Shown piece by piece: positions 45,487 through 56,873 of a stretch of DNA of 64,000 nucleotides; positions within the stretch are counted from its first letter, which is position 1; every line of letters starts with the position of its first letter. The stretch lies in contig CAXHJY010000162.1 in the NCBI GenBank assembly GCA_964016885.1, positions 1-64,000 on the forward strand, given 5' to 3'. The stretch is from Eledone cirrhosa. Lineage: Eukaryota. Both the position numbers and the translations under genes were made by a program. The notes beneath the pieces were generated by a model. It saw nothing but the letters and a program-made list of their open reading frames with translations, made no database searches and was not told the origin of the DNA.

Positions 45487-46139
45487 GAGATTCATATCCC
45501 CACAGGTACTAAGTACCCCTGGAAATATATAGGGCGTCTATGATACAGTGGTGTTCCATGGTATTAATTTGACATACCAGAACTATAAAATTGAGATAAG
45601 CGGAGCAAGTAAAATTCAAACAATTTCTTAAAATAAATTAAAAAAATATAATTTAAATATTTACCTAATCCATTTGCTTTTACCGACGGTTTCACCTTAC
45701 AAAAGATTGGAGATCCTAGCGATCTCCAATGGAAATGTTCGGATCATCAGAGAACATTTTCCTTTCCTAGAACAGAAGTCCCAAGAACGGCAAAATATAT
45801 TGCCACCTGCCAGCTAGCAGAGGATCGAATGAGGCCGTAAACTTGACCTATGCATGAACCAGCCCTTAGTAGAAGCAGGAAGTAAACATAGACGTGTTGT
45901 CTATCACGCCACTAAAAATAGCAGCTAAATAAAACAACAGATTTGTTCTCAACATAACGGAGAAAATATAAAAGGAGATTAATATCCCCACAGGTACTAA
46001 GTACCCCTGGAAATATATAGGGTATCTATGATACAGTGGTGTTCCATGGTTTTAATTTGACATACCAGAACTATAAAATTGAGATAAGCGGAGCAAGTAA
46101 AATTCAAACAATTTCTTAAAATAAATTAAAAAAATATAA
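45481..46139 (-). mobile_element. Partial-tandem hammerhead element, family F (488-bp period)
   Basis: ~170-bp direct repeats at 45481-45651 and 45969-46139 enclosing a hammerhead. Confidence 0.72.
45675..45756 (-). ncRNA. Type I hammerhead family F
   Basis: tgttct CTGATGA t cc..attggagatc gctag gatctccaat..gg t GAAA ccg t cgg TA aaagca; stem I has one mismatch. Confidence 0.62.
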
Positions 46140-47965
46140 GTTTTTCCGGTATTCCCAGGAGCATCGAGAAAGTAAATACCCCCAGTCTGATTTTGAACCG
46201 CGTCAATGATAGTTAAATAGGCCAACCTTTGGTCTGACAGAGGTTTGGGCTCATTTTGGGGAAAGAGATTCGATGTCATATGCTGTTTCCCGCAACAAAT
46301 CCGGGGCCAACGTGTTAGCTTCATCTGTGACGGTTGACGGCAAGCCATACGTCGCCAACTCACTCCCACCCATGTCGAGGAGGGCGTCCTCGATATCAAT
46401 GAGTGCCCTGTTGTAGATAATTGTTTCTACTTTAGGCACAAGGCCAGCAATTACCCAGTACATTACTGGTACTTTATTTTATCGACCCCGTCAGGATGAA
46501 AGGCAAAGTTAACCTCGGCGGGATTTGAACTCAGACTGTAAAGGGACGTAACTATGCTAGAAAGCATGGCGTCCGACCCTCTACCGATACTGCCAATCCA
46601 TCCACCCTGTTGTAAATAATGCCGCTGTAAGCAACTTCCACTGAAGGATACTGCAGATGAGCCAGGCGCAGGAAATCCTCAGACATGAAGTCTCTGTACT
46701 TGACCCATAAAGATTTGGGATCACCCAATTCACACTTTTGAAGCAAAATGGCAAAGAGTTCCCGTAGACCTTTAGGTGATTTCAACAAAGCACCCTCTGC
46801 TAAAGTGGAATCCCATTGCGAATCATCTTCCAAAAGACCACGCTTAAAGCAGGCTTCCCGGTACGTATCACATATTTCTCCATCAACAGTTTTGAGGTTC
46901 TGAAAACTTTGTGGGCCTACAACTTCATGCAGAAGAAGGCGGAGATGAAAGCACTCATGCTGACTTGGGAGCACAGTGTAAACCCTTCCAAGACAGCTGT
47001 CAAATTTTACACCAGGATGTCTTTCAACAGCCTGACCTGACTTTCTTCGCACCCAAGTGTTTTTCGATCATATAAAGTCGGATGGAACCTGGGGGTACAC
47101 AATTGTTTGCGCAAATGTATCGAATTGGCAAAGTTTGAAGAAACCTGTCAGAGTGGTCTCTTTCGGATCGGCGGCCAGCTTGGCGGCGGTTTGGTCCGTA
47201 AAGTAAACCCTTTGCCCATTTTCCAAATGTACCGCAAGCTGTACGATGGCGGGGTGCCGTTGGTGTAGGGAGAAACCAAATAGGCACCAAAAAGCTTCAT
47301 TGCTACTGATGTACCGCCCCGCCAGGTATTCTGTGACCTCGTCCTTGCTATTTTCAGCTTGAAATGCGAACATTGCGGCATCAGAGCCCTTATTTACATA
47401 TTTGCATATGTATTTTATCGACTTGACGGAGATGCAAAACTCAACATTGATGTGGGCGTTGAACATCTTTTAGAGAAGCTGGCAGCAAGGGACCACCCAT
47501 CTATTGTCGACTTGACCTCCCCTTACTGTTGTGGTGAAGTCACCATTCTCGGGCCGTCTCCACCTGTACAGGGGGTACCCGTCGCCACCAGTCTGAGTCT
47601 GGTCAACAATTTTTTGGGGGTATCCCTTACTGCACGACCCCCCTTTCAGACACGTGTGATGCTCATTAGGACCCGACGCACACGGACCATGTTAGCTTTG
47701 GCGATGTCATGTAATTCCTGGTCAGTTGCTGGGTTAGGGATTTCAGCCGAAATGAAGCTGTCTATGGCATTTGAATTGATTTTATCAGCTAACCAAATCA
47801 AAATGTGAGCATGTAGCAGCCCTCGTTTGTGCTATTCGACGGTGAACATGTCACATTTTACAGCCCCAAATACCTGACCCTTTTTTTATTAAAGCCATGA
47901 GTTTAGCCAGTTTCAGTCTGAACACTCTGGCAATGAGGTCATGTCCGAATAATTTTGCCCAGGAA
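46140..47965 (-). mobile_element. Helitron Rep/helicase remnant (pseudogenised)
   Basis: HAHILIW (HUH), DNRWVVP, FNAHINVE, IKYICKYVNKGSD, RYISSNEA, LRLLLH.V.GP.SF, FLDAPGNTGKT (Walker A); frameshifts. Confidence 0.92.
46422..46604 (-). mobile_element. tRNA-derived SINE with 16-bp TSD, inserted in the Helitron
   Basis: TSD ccctgttgta(g/a)ataat at 46406-46421 and 46605-46620; A box tggcagtatcgg, B box gagttcaaatccc. Confidence 0.93.
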
Positions 47966-47968
47966 AAA

Positions 47969-48074
47969 GTTTATTTGATAAGGAGGTACTGAAAAAACAG
48001 CACAGTACCTCAGAAATATATATAATAAAACATATATTTTGATTATGCGAACGTCTTCATTTATTAATATTTTG

Positions 48075-48080
<6 letters not shown>
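47969..48080 (+). repeat. Family D arm with decayed hammerhead (TTGATAA core)
   Basis: gtttat ttgataa g gaggtactg..cagtacctc a GAAA tatata TA ataaaac. Confidence 0.6.
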
Positions 48081-48124
<44 letters not shown>

Positions 48125-48151
48125 CAACACACACACACGCGCGCACGCACG

Positions 48152-48221
<70 letters not shown>

Positions 48222-48225
<4 letters not shown>

Positions 48226-48893
48226 GTGCGGGCGGTATTTGAGGACACATGCATTTTTAGTCATTATTTTATTTGACTAATTTTTATTGAACTTCTATTT
48301 CAGAAAATAACAATGAAAATAACTATGCTTACTAATGAAATGAAAAGGCATGTTGTGATTGTGGCTTTGAAGTCTAAGTATGGTGAATTAGAAATTTCTC
48401 GTTTTCTGAAAGTTGCAAGATCTTTCGTCCACCAGATTCGGTGTATACCGGAATACTCCTTATGTTTTTTAACAAGATCAAACAAGGCTCAAATGACACA
48501 AGAATGGATGGTCGACAATTTGCATGATCACATCACATCCAACATTTGGCCTCCAAATTCTCCAGATCTCAATCCACTGGACTACTATGTATGGAACAAC
48601 GTTGAGAAAAAAAATGTCAATGAACACCCCCTTAGCACAAAAGATTCTTTGAAAGCCGCAATAGTTCGAGTCTGTCCGATATGAACAAGGGCCACTTAAT
48701 CCGAGCTTGTAAACGATTTCGACCCCGTGTAGAGGTAGTTATTGATGCTTATGGTGGTTTTATTGAATGAAATTATTAAATTGATAATATAGGTTTATGT
48801 TTATGTTATTTTTATAAGAATACAATTTTTTTCTGTTATTATATAAGCGTTTTGTTCACCATAAATCTGTCCTCAAATACCGTCCGCACCGTG
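48222..48893 (+). mobile_element. Internally deleted Tc1/mariner element (DD37D/maT-like)
   Basis: TIRs catggtgcgggcggtatttgaggaca / tgtcctcaaataccgtccgcaccgtg; WPPNSPDLNPLDYYVW motif. Confidence 0.88.
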
Positions 48894-49001
48894 ATATAAA
48901 TTATATATATATATAAATCAGGAAAGAAGAGTGACACGGTTTGCTATTCGGAGTACCCTAACTGGACTACCTATAACAATAATCTGATAATCTGTTACCC
49001 C

Positions 49002-49074
<73 letters not shown>

Positions 49075-49083
<9 letters not shown>

Positions 49084-49647
49084 ATACGTACATGCATATA
49101 TGTATACAGACGTACAGTAATATGTATATATATACACACATGCACACATATATATATATGCACGTATCGGTTTATCGAACATTTATTATAATGCTCGGTT
49201 TGTTTGTTTGTAAACAAACAAACAGCCCGAATTATGCCGTACAGTGTTTAGGCAACCACGTCACCTTTTTGTTCAACACTGACACAGGAACGATGTACTA
49301 GTTTCAAGCTTATTAGCTATCGTCAGCATCATATACCTTCCTGCCAGATGGTTGAACGTCTGAAAGTATATACTTTCCTTATGCATATTAACGGCTGAGC
49401 AGCCTAATTTGCATATCGAGTGAGTTCAGTCGGCCGGACACACCGAAAACGATAAATGGAATAGAATGAAACGAAATTTCATTTTTCACCGATACGTGCA
49501 TATATATATGTGTGCATGTGTGTATATATATACATACTACTCTACGTCTGTATACATATATGTATGTACGTATACATACATACATACTTATATTTAAGTA
49601 AGTGCCGTACTAAGAGTGAGAAATGAAATTTCGTTTCATTCTATTCC

Positions 49648-49652
<5 letters not shown>
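49075..49652 (-). mobile_element. Family A hammerhead element with inverted end
   Basis: Minus-strand unit ~49075-49488 and opposite-orientation partial ~49490-49652. Confidence 0.78.
49290..49332 (-). ncRNA. Minimal type I hammerhead, family A
   Basis: atgatg CTGACGA t agct aata agct t GAAA ctag TA catcgt. Confidence 0.75.
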
Positions 49653-49719
<67 letters not shown>

Positions 49720-49821
49720 ATAATAATAATATTTATATTTATATATGAAACAATTGTCAGCAAATAAATGTATTAAACTAAGATTTGATTGCTTTAATAT
49801 TTTGTATATATATATATATAT

Positions 49822-51107
49822 ATAATATAAGATCAAAAGATGGTTAAAGGAGTTCAATATATTTTATTATGCGCATTTCAAAAACAAACATCATCAAACA
49901 ATAATATTTGTGTTTTCATCAGATAAAACAGGAGAACATGATATGAAGGCTAAAAAAACACTTGTTGATAGTGCAGTTTTAAATCAACATATGAAAAGTG
50001 GTTTTAGATTGATGTGTGATATTGGGAAAAATATTTTATTTAGAGAGGGGGGGAGAGAAAAGGATGAAAAGGGAAGGAGATGAGAGGGAGAGATGGGTGA
50101 TAGAGAGAAAGAGATAGTTTTTATAACAGAGAGGAGATATATTTTATATAGAGGGGTTGAAAACCGTTGGAAGATACTGTATAAATTAAAAATTTTGAAA
50201 ATTAACGAAGGGAGGATATGTGCGAGGAAAAAATATATTATATTTAGGGAGGGGTGGGGGTGGAAAGGATGAAAAAAAGGGGGAGGAGATGAGAGTGAAG
50301 GTGGAAAGGGAGAGATGGGTGATAGAGAGAAAGAGATAGTTTTTATAACTGAGAAAAAGATATAATGTTTTAATATAGAGAGGTTGGGAACCGTTGGAAG
50401 ATAATGTATAAATTAAAGGAATTTGAAAATTAACGAAGGGAAATTATGTATGGAGATAGAGAGAAAAAATAACGAAGGGAGATTATGTATGGAGATAGAG
50501 AGAAAAAAAAAAAATAATAATTGTGGGTGAATATTCAAAAGGAGAAATGTAGGAATCTTAAAATTAGCAAAGAGAAAATGTTTATGTATAGGATTTGAGA
50601 AAAATAATGTGAAGTTAAAGTTTTTATATTGAATTCATATGTATTAATAATGAGTTCGTTGATGGGGAGAAAAAAATAATAATAAATTAAGGATGAAATT
50701 GAGATTAAAAAGATTTATGATAGAGAGAAAAAATAATAATGATTGCGGATGAATACTCAAAATGTCAAAAACAAATGTTATTGTTTTACGAAGAGATATA
50801 ATGAGGGTGATGAGTAAACGGGTATTATAGAGTGTATAATGCCCTTTAAAGTAAGGTAGATGGGTATATTTTAAAGAATATATGAGTATATATTAAAAAA
50901 AATATATATAATAATAAATTAAGGATGAAATTGAGATTAAAAAGATTTATGATAGAGGGATTTTTTGAAATGCGCATAATAAAATATATTGAACTCCTTT
51001 AACCATCTTTTGATCTTATATTATGCATACTCCAGTCCCACAAACTGTAGAGTGCTTCTTATCCGATATCTGCATTGCTTTATTGTACTACAATAAAACT
51101 CACCTCC

Positions 51108-51110
<3 letters not shown>
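49822..51110. mobile_element. PLE-like remnant with ~60-bp inverted ends (family G)
   Basis: 49822-49884 inverted at ~50960-51023; purine-rich decayed interior; hammerhead on minus strand. Confidence 0.65.
49862..49928 (-). ncRNA. Type I hammerhead family G
   Basis: ttttat CTGATGA aaac..gttttt GAAA tgcgca TA ataaaa; palindromic ATGCGCAT. Confidence 0.65.
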
Positions 51111-51194
<84 letters not shown>

Positions 51195-51195
<1 letters not shown>

Positions 51196-51621
51196 AAAGA
51201 GTTAAACAAGATTCCATGAGTACATCAAAGAATGAGTTTTACAGTAGATTGGAACCACTCTACAGTAGATATTTTCCAGAGTTATTAATATTAATTCAAA
51301 TATTAACAAAATAGATATTCTTGTGATCAATCAAATTTTATTATACATATTTCAGAGGTACTGAATTAAGTTCAACAGTACGTCCTCATCAGATAAAATA
51401 AAATGATACATGACATAACCTGACATGTTAGATGGTTAAGATTTAATCAAGGTAGTCAAATTAAATCTTAACCATCTAACATGTCAGGGTATGTCATGTA
51501 TCATTTTATTTTATCTGATGAGGACGTACTGTTGAACTTAATTCAGTACCTCTGAAATATGTATAATAAAATTTAATTGATCACAAGAATATCTATTTTG
51601 TTAATATTTGAATTAATATTA
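51195..51621. mobile_element. Fold-back hammerhead element, family D
   Basis: Arms ~51286-51447 / ~51460-51621 with ~12-nt loop; tail on the minus-strand copy. Confidence 0.82.
51508..51572 (+). ncRNA. Type I hammerhead family D (mirror copy at ~51335-51399, minus)
   Basis: attttat CTGATGA ggac gtactg..cagtac ctct GAAA tatgta TA ataaaat. Confidence 0.72.
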
Positions 51622-51859
51622 TATATATATAATTATATATATATATTTCGTTTCTGAATTTGTTTAGCAAGATTCTTTATCTGAAATCGTGTGTTGAAAC
51701 CGATATTGTTATACTTTGGGAGGGTCATGTTGCCAATAAGAAACACACGCACCAGTTGCTTTCACTTCAATTTATTATAATAAATTTATAATAAATTTAT
51801 AAATTTATAAATTTCTGGTTGGTTGGTTGGTTCCACAACCAGATAGTTGTTTATATATT

Positions 51860-51902
51860 GTCATAGTTCTTTCGTCACACACTCTGTGACCTCTTCAGTG
51901 AC
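51860..51902 (-). ncRNA. Minimal hammerhead family H, mirror copy
   Basis: Reverse complement of 52494-52536. Confidence 0.7.
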
Positions 51903-52493
51903 TGGGGATTCCTTTCTTTGTTTTTGTGCCTCTCCTTTGTTCTGTCCTACGCCATTTTGTTTCTGTGTGTGTGTTGTGTGCTCAGTCTGAGGCATGCGCC
52001 ACATCCGGGTGTCTGTGTGTGTTTATGTTCATTTATTTATTTGTTTATTTACATGTTACTGGTTGGTTGTTTGTTCTATGTGTGTGTGTGTGTTTTCATT
52101 TTGTCCTTAATTATAAGTTGTGATGTTGCTGTTCCACTCATATTTTCTATTTAATTTTGGTTGTAATTCTTTTATGTTTATTGCCTCTGTGATTTGTCTA
52201 ATCAAATCACAGAGGCAATAAACATAAAAGAATTACAACCAAAATTAAATAGAAAATATGAGTGGAACAGCAACATCACAACTTACAATTAAGGACAAAA
52301 TGAAAACACACACACACATAGAACAAACAACCAACCAGTAACATGTAAATAAACAAATAAATAAATGAACATAAACACACACAGACACCCGGATGTGGCG
52401 CATGCGCAGACTGAGCACACAACACACACACAGAAACAAAATGGCGTAGGACAGAACAAAGGAGAGGCACAAAAACAAAGAAAGGAATCCTCA

Positions 52494-52536
52494 GTCACTG
52501 AAGAGGTCACAGAGTGTGTGACGAAAGAACTATGAC
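52494..52536 (+). ncRNA. Minimal type I hammerhead family H
   Basis: gtca CTGAAGA g gtcac agagtgt gtgac GAAA gaac TA tgac. Confidence 0.72.
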
Positions 52537-53294
52537 AATATATAAACAACTATCTAGTTGTGGAACCAACCAACCAGAAATTTATAAATTTATTATAAAT
52601 TTATTATAATAAATTGAAGTGAAAGCAACTGGTGCGTGTGTTTCTTATTGGCAACATGACCCTCCCAAAGTATAACAATATATATATATAAAGAATTAGA
52701 AATAGAAACCAGGACTATCCATCATCAGTGGTCTACTAGCCATCATAGGTATGTATTTCTTCGCATTACAGACCATATACCTCCGGCTAGGGCAATACAA
52801 TAACTAAATTAAGTTATTGGGATAAAAAGAGTTGGGTGGAGAAAGAGAGACAGGTAAACAAACACGAATGGTGAGGCAACGTAAAGAGAGGAAAAAATGA
52901 GAAAATCAAGTCAATGATTCATTTTGAACATAAGAACATGCGAATATTGACGTGTATGTATGTGAGTGTATGTGTGTGTATGTACATTTGTATATGTGTA
53001 TCTATGTATATGTGTATGTGTGTGTATTCACATACATGTGTATATATTTATATATATATATATATACATACACACACATGTATATGAATACACACACATA
53101 CACATATACATATATACACATATACAAATGTACATACACTCACATACATACGCCACACATATAAAAGATAGTCAAAATCACAGTTCAGTAGCTACATAGC
53201 AGACAAGCAAAAACAAAAACAAAAAGTTAAAAAAATAAAAAATAAAAAAATTACATAAGAGGGGTTAATAGAAGTATATATACATATATAAAGT

Positions 53295-53422
53295 TGTAAT
53301 AAAATGAAAACGAAATTTCATTTCTCACTCTTCGTATACATACATACTTACATATATAAATATATACATGTAAGTATGTATGTATACGTACATACATATA
53401 TGTATACAGACGTACAGTAGCA

Positions 53423-53506
<84 letters not shown>

Positions 53507-53775
53507 CATACAGGTACACATACATATATGCACGCATCAGTTTAGCGGACGCTTATTATAACGCCGCTTTGTTCGTTTGTAAACAAAACTGAACAGCCTG
53601 AATTTATGCCATACGGTGTTAAGGCAACCACGTCACCTTTTTGTTCAACACTGACACAGGAACGATGTACTAGTTTCAAGCTTGTTAGCTATCATCAGCA
53701 CCGTTTACCCATCTGCCAGATAGCCAGAAAGTGCCATACTAAGAGTGAGAAATGAAATTTCGTTTTCATTTTTTT
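53295..53775 (-). mobile_element. Family A hammerhead element
   Basis: Minus unit ~53300-53720 and short inverted end ~53730-53775. Confidence 0.75.
53661..53705 (-). ncRNA. Minimal type I hammerhead, family A (canonical core)
   Basis: aacggtg CTGATGA t agct aaca agct t GAAA ctag TA catcgtt. Confidence 0.8.
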
Positions 53776-53904
53776 TTCAACTTAAATATATACACATATA
53801 TATATATACAGGCTCACGCAAAAGCACACATAAAAATATACACTCACATATACATACATATGTATATATATATCATACATACTACGGAGATCAGAGAATC
53901 ACTC

Positions 53905-54200
53905 CAGGTAGAACCGCTAGGTTTCCGAATTGAGATATCACAGCTCTGATACTACTATGGGCATGTAGTTAGAATGTCTCAGGAAAGAATCGCTAAACAG
54001 ATTTTACGATCAAAACCAACCGATCGGAGACCCCGAGCAAGATGGTTGGATAACATCCTTGAGCTTGGCTGGTTTCGCTTGGAGATCCTGCCGGATCAGT
54101 TAGAGACGGTTGCATCTGACAGGACCCTCTGGAAGGAGTGTTTGAGGACTCTGCCGCCACGACCCTCTCAGGAAGAAGTGGAAAAGGAAGAAGTAAATAA
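53905..54200 (+). mobile_element. Short 3' fragment of another RTE-type LINE
   Basis: IEISQL*YYGHVVRMSQERIAKQIL..RPRARWLD. Confidence 0.7.
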
Positions 54201-54225
54201 AGGAGTAAAGGGTAAAAGATAAATA

Positions 54226-54860
54226 ATAATTGTTCTACTTTTGGCACAAGGCCAGCAATTCACCAGTGCGTTACTGGTACTTTATTTTATCTACCCCGTA
54301 AGGATGAAAGGCAAAGTTAACCTTGGCGGGATTTGAACTCAGACCGTAAAGGGACGTAACTATGCTGGAAAGCATGGCGTCCGACCCTCTACAGATACTG
54401 CCAATCCCCCAAATAATAGTAGTGATAATAGTATGATAATGATAACAATAATTATTTCTACTTTTGGCACAAGGCCAGCAAATACCCAGTGCATTACTGG
54501 TACTTTATTTTATCGACCCCGTAAGGATGAAAGGCAAAGTTCTAGTATAGGCACATGGCCAGCAATTTGGGGGTAGAGGAAAAATCGATTAGATCGACCC
54601 CAATGCATTACTGGTGCATTAGTTGAGCGACCCCGTAAGGATGAAAAGCAAAGCTAACCTCGGCGGGATTTGAACTCAAAGTGTAAAGGGCCGTAACTTT
54701 TTAGATTCTGAGTTTAAAAAATCGCCGGGGTTAGCTTTGCTTTTCATCCTTAGGAGTCGATAAAATAAAGTACCAGTAATGTATAGGGCTCGATTTAATT
54801 GACTTTCCCTTCCCCTTCAAATTGCTGGCCTTGTGCCTAAAGTAGAAACAGCAATAATAA
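54226..54860. mobile_element. Cluster of four SINE copies/fragments
   Basis: Three minus-strand copies (54226-54408, ~54447-54540, ~54540-54700) and one plus-strand copy (~54700-54860). Confidence 0.85.
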
Positions 54861-56500
54861 TTATTGTTTCTTTATTGGCCACAAGGGCCGACATATAGGG
54901 GACATTACAAAAGACAGGGACAGTGTGGGTTTTACAAAAAAATCGTGTAAACGATATAAAGCAATAACAATACACAACATTACAACAATACAAATTCCCG
55001 AGAGTACACGGGGAGGGAATCCCCCTCCTCTTCAAATCAACCAGCCTAAAAGCTCATGCTCAGAGTAGGCCCATACACACGGGCCATTCTTGCAACATTC
55101 ACTCACCTTTTTGCAAATGTACTGGAGGAGGGCAGCATTCCCTCTCCACCCTCACCTTCCTTTTCAAGTGAAACTCGAAAAAGGTGAAGGATTGGCCGAA
55201 GAGAAAAGTGTCTGCTTTCAGTCCTTTCAAGCTGGTCCACCACACAACCTTTTTCACGATGGCCACCAGACAGAGAAAAATGTCCTGCTCCTCCCGGCCA
55301 AAAGAGGGCAGTAGGGCGATCTTCGCAGCCGGATCCGTCCTACACGCGATAACAGCTATTCAACATATCTCAACAAGTCGGTAATGCACGGACACTGGAC
55401 GAGCAGGTGCAGAACGGTTTCGTCGTTCTGCGCGCATCTCGGGTAGGTCCGTCTGGCCGTACTTCTGTGCCTGTAGAGTTTATCTCAAACCGGCTGTTCC
55501 CACAGGTAGCATTGCCAAGCGAGGGATACCTGGAAGTTATTCATAGCCTCCGGCTCAAAAGTCCTCCAGAACTGACTGATCAGTTCGACTTCGTCGACGC
55601 CCAGAGCCTCTCCAAGATCATCGTCGCACTTTCCCACCACTAATCCTCTATAGAGTGGAATTTCCACTGATCGCATTACCCACCCGGAGAAGGGCAGTGA
55701 GCGTCTGGCAACATTCCAGATGCCAGATACCCAGTCTCGATCTCTTCTTGACTTAGGACTACAGCTCAATCAAAGAAACGAGCTGTGGAAAGGCCTGTCT
55801 TACAAACGGTGACCACACTTGTTCACTGTTTAAGAATATCTGAAGATGCCGCTGCCTCAGCGCATGTTTGCGCATCATCAGCCATGGTATGCCCAGCCCT
55901 CCGCGTAGAGGATGCTAACAGCAGATGGACCGCCTCATCAATATCACTTGTCCCTTCCACAAAAAGTTGAAGAGCCGACGTTTCAATTTGGTATGGTGCG
56001 AATAGTGGTAAGACACCGCTAGCCCGTCAGCTGAAATTGCTTCCAATCGTCTCATCTAATTTAGCCACCGGCTCTCTCTCCTTTTTATTTTTTTCTAGCA
56101 CTACTTCTTTAATAAAGCCTGTTGGCGTTACTCTAATCTCTCTCTTGAGAGCCCTCCACTTCCTATTGCTGACTACCCCCTGTCAACTTACACTTAACTA
56201 AAGTATTGACCTGATCCCTGCACGCTTTACGTGCCGGAACGACATGTTCAGCTTCCAGTGACCAGGTCCTAACCCACGTGTCCTATCTAGGTCCACCATG
56301 CAGATCACAAATTTATGATCTGAATAGGCGACCGTTTGAAAATGTGGACTACCTATACTATGCTTATCTACTACCCTAATAAAAGCCCTATCAATATGCG
56401 ATCTAGATGACTTTATGCAGTTGGTTCAGGTTCACACAGAGGCATTAGGAAAATCTAGTCGGTACCTGTCAGACAGTTGGAAGTGGCTGATCAGGTACTG
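54860..56500 (-). mobile_element. Degenerate Tx1/L1-like LINE remnant
   Basis: Minus strand EN motif AYSDHKFV, C-terminal-like segments (SLAWQCY, KRWVNVARM), aataaa near the 3' end; many stops. Confidence 0.6.
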
Positions 56501-56638
56501 GAGGCACTCGTTCACACTACAACCGCCTTAAACTCTGGACTACAACCCCCACGAGACGGACCTCGTAACAGCATTGAGTGCTTCGAACAGCACGCTAACT
56601 GTAACTTTAGTTACACACCTAAATAACACATACACATA

Positions 56639-56711
<73 letters not shown>

Positions 56712-56873
56712 ATACTATATATGTATGTCTATATATACACACACATATATATACATGCGTATATTTATATATGCTCTCACACACACACACACACACATAC
56801 ACACAAATATATAAATTTAATGTAAAAAAACAAAACAATGAAAAAACACAAACCCAATTTGTAGAGTAGAGGT

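Larger units (their letters stand above)
51640..52680. mobile_element. ~1-kb palindrome, hammerhead family H
   Basis: Arms ~51704-52196 / 52203-52680, 6-nt loop (gatttg tctaat caaatc). Confidence 0.9.

Noticed and set aside
46422-46604. tRNA genes at A/B-box sequences
   Set aside because: SINE heads without a cloverleaf, with TSD and many dispersed copies
52700-52745. Minus-strand gacca-CTGATGA-tggatagtcc motif
   Set aside because: No GAAA or cleavage triplet; at best a deleted hammerhead
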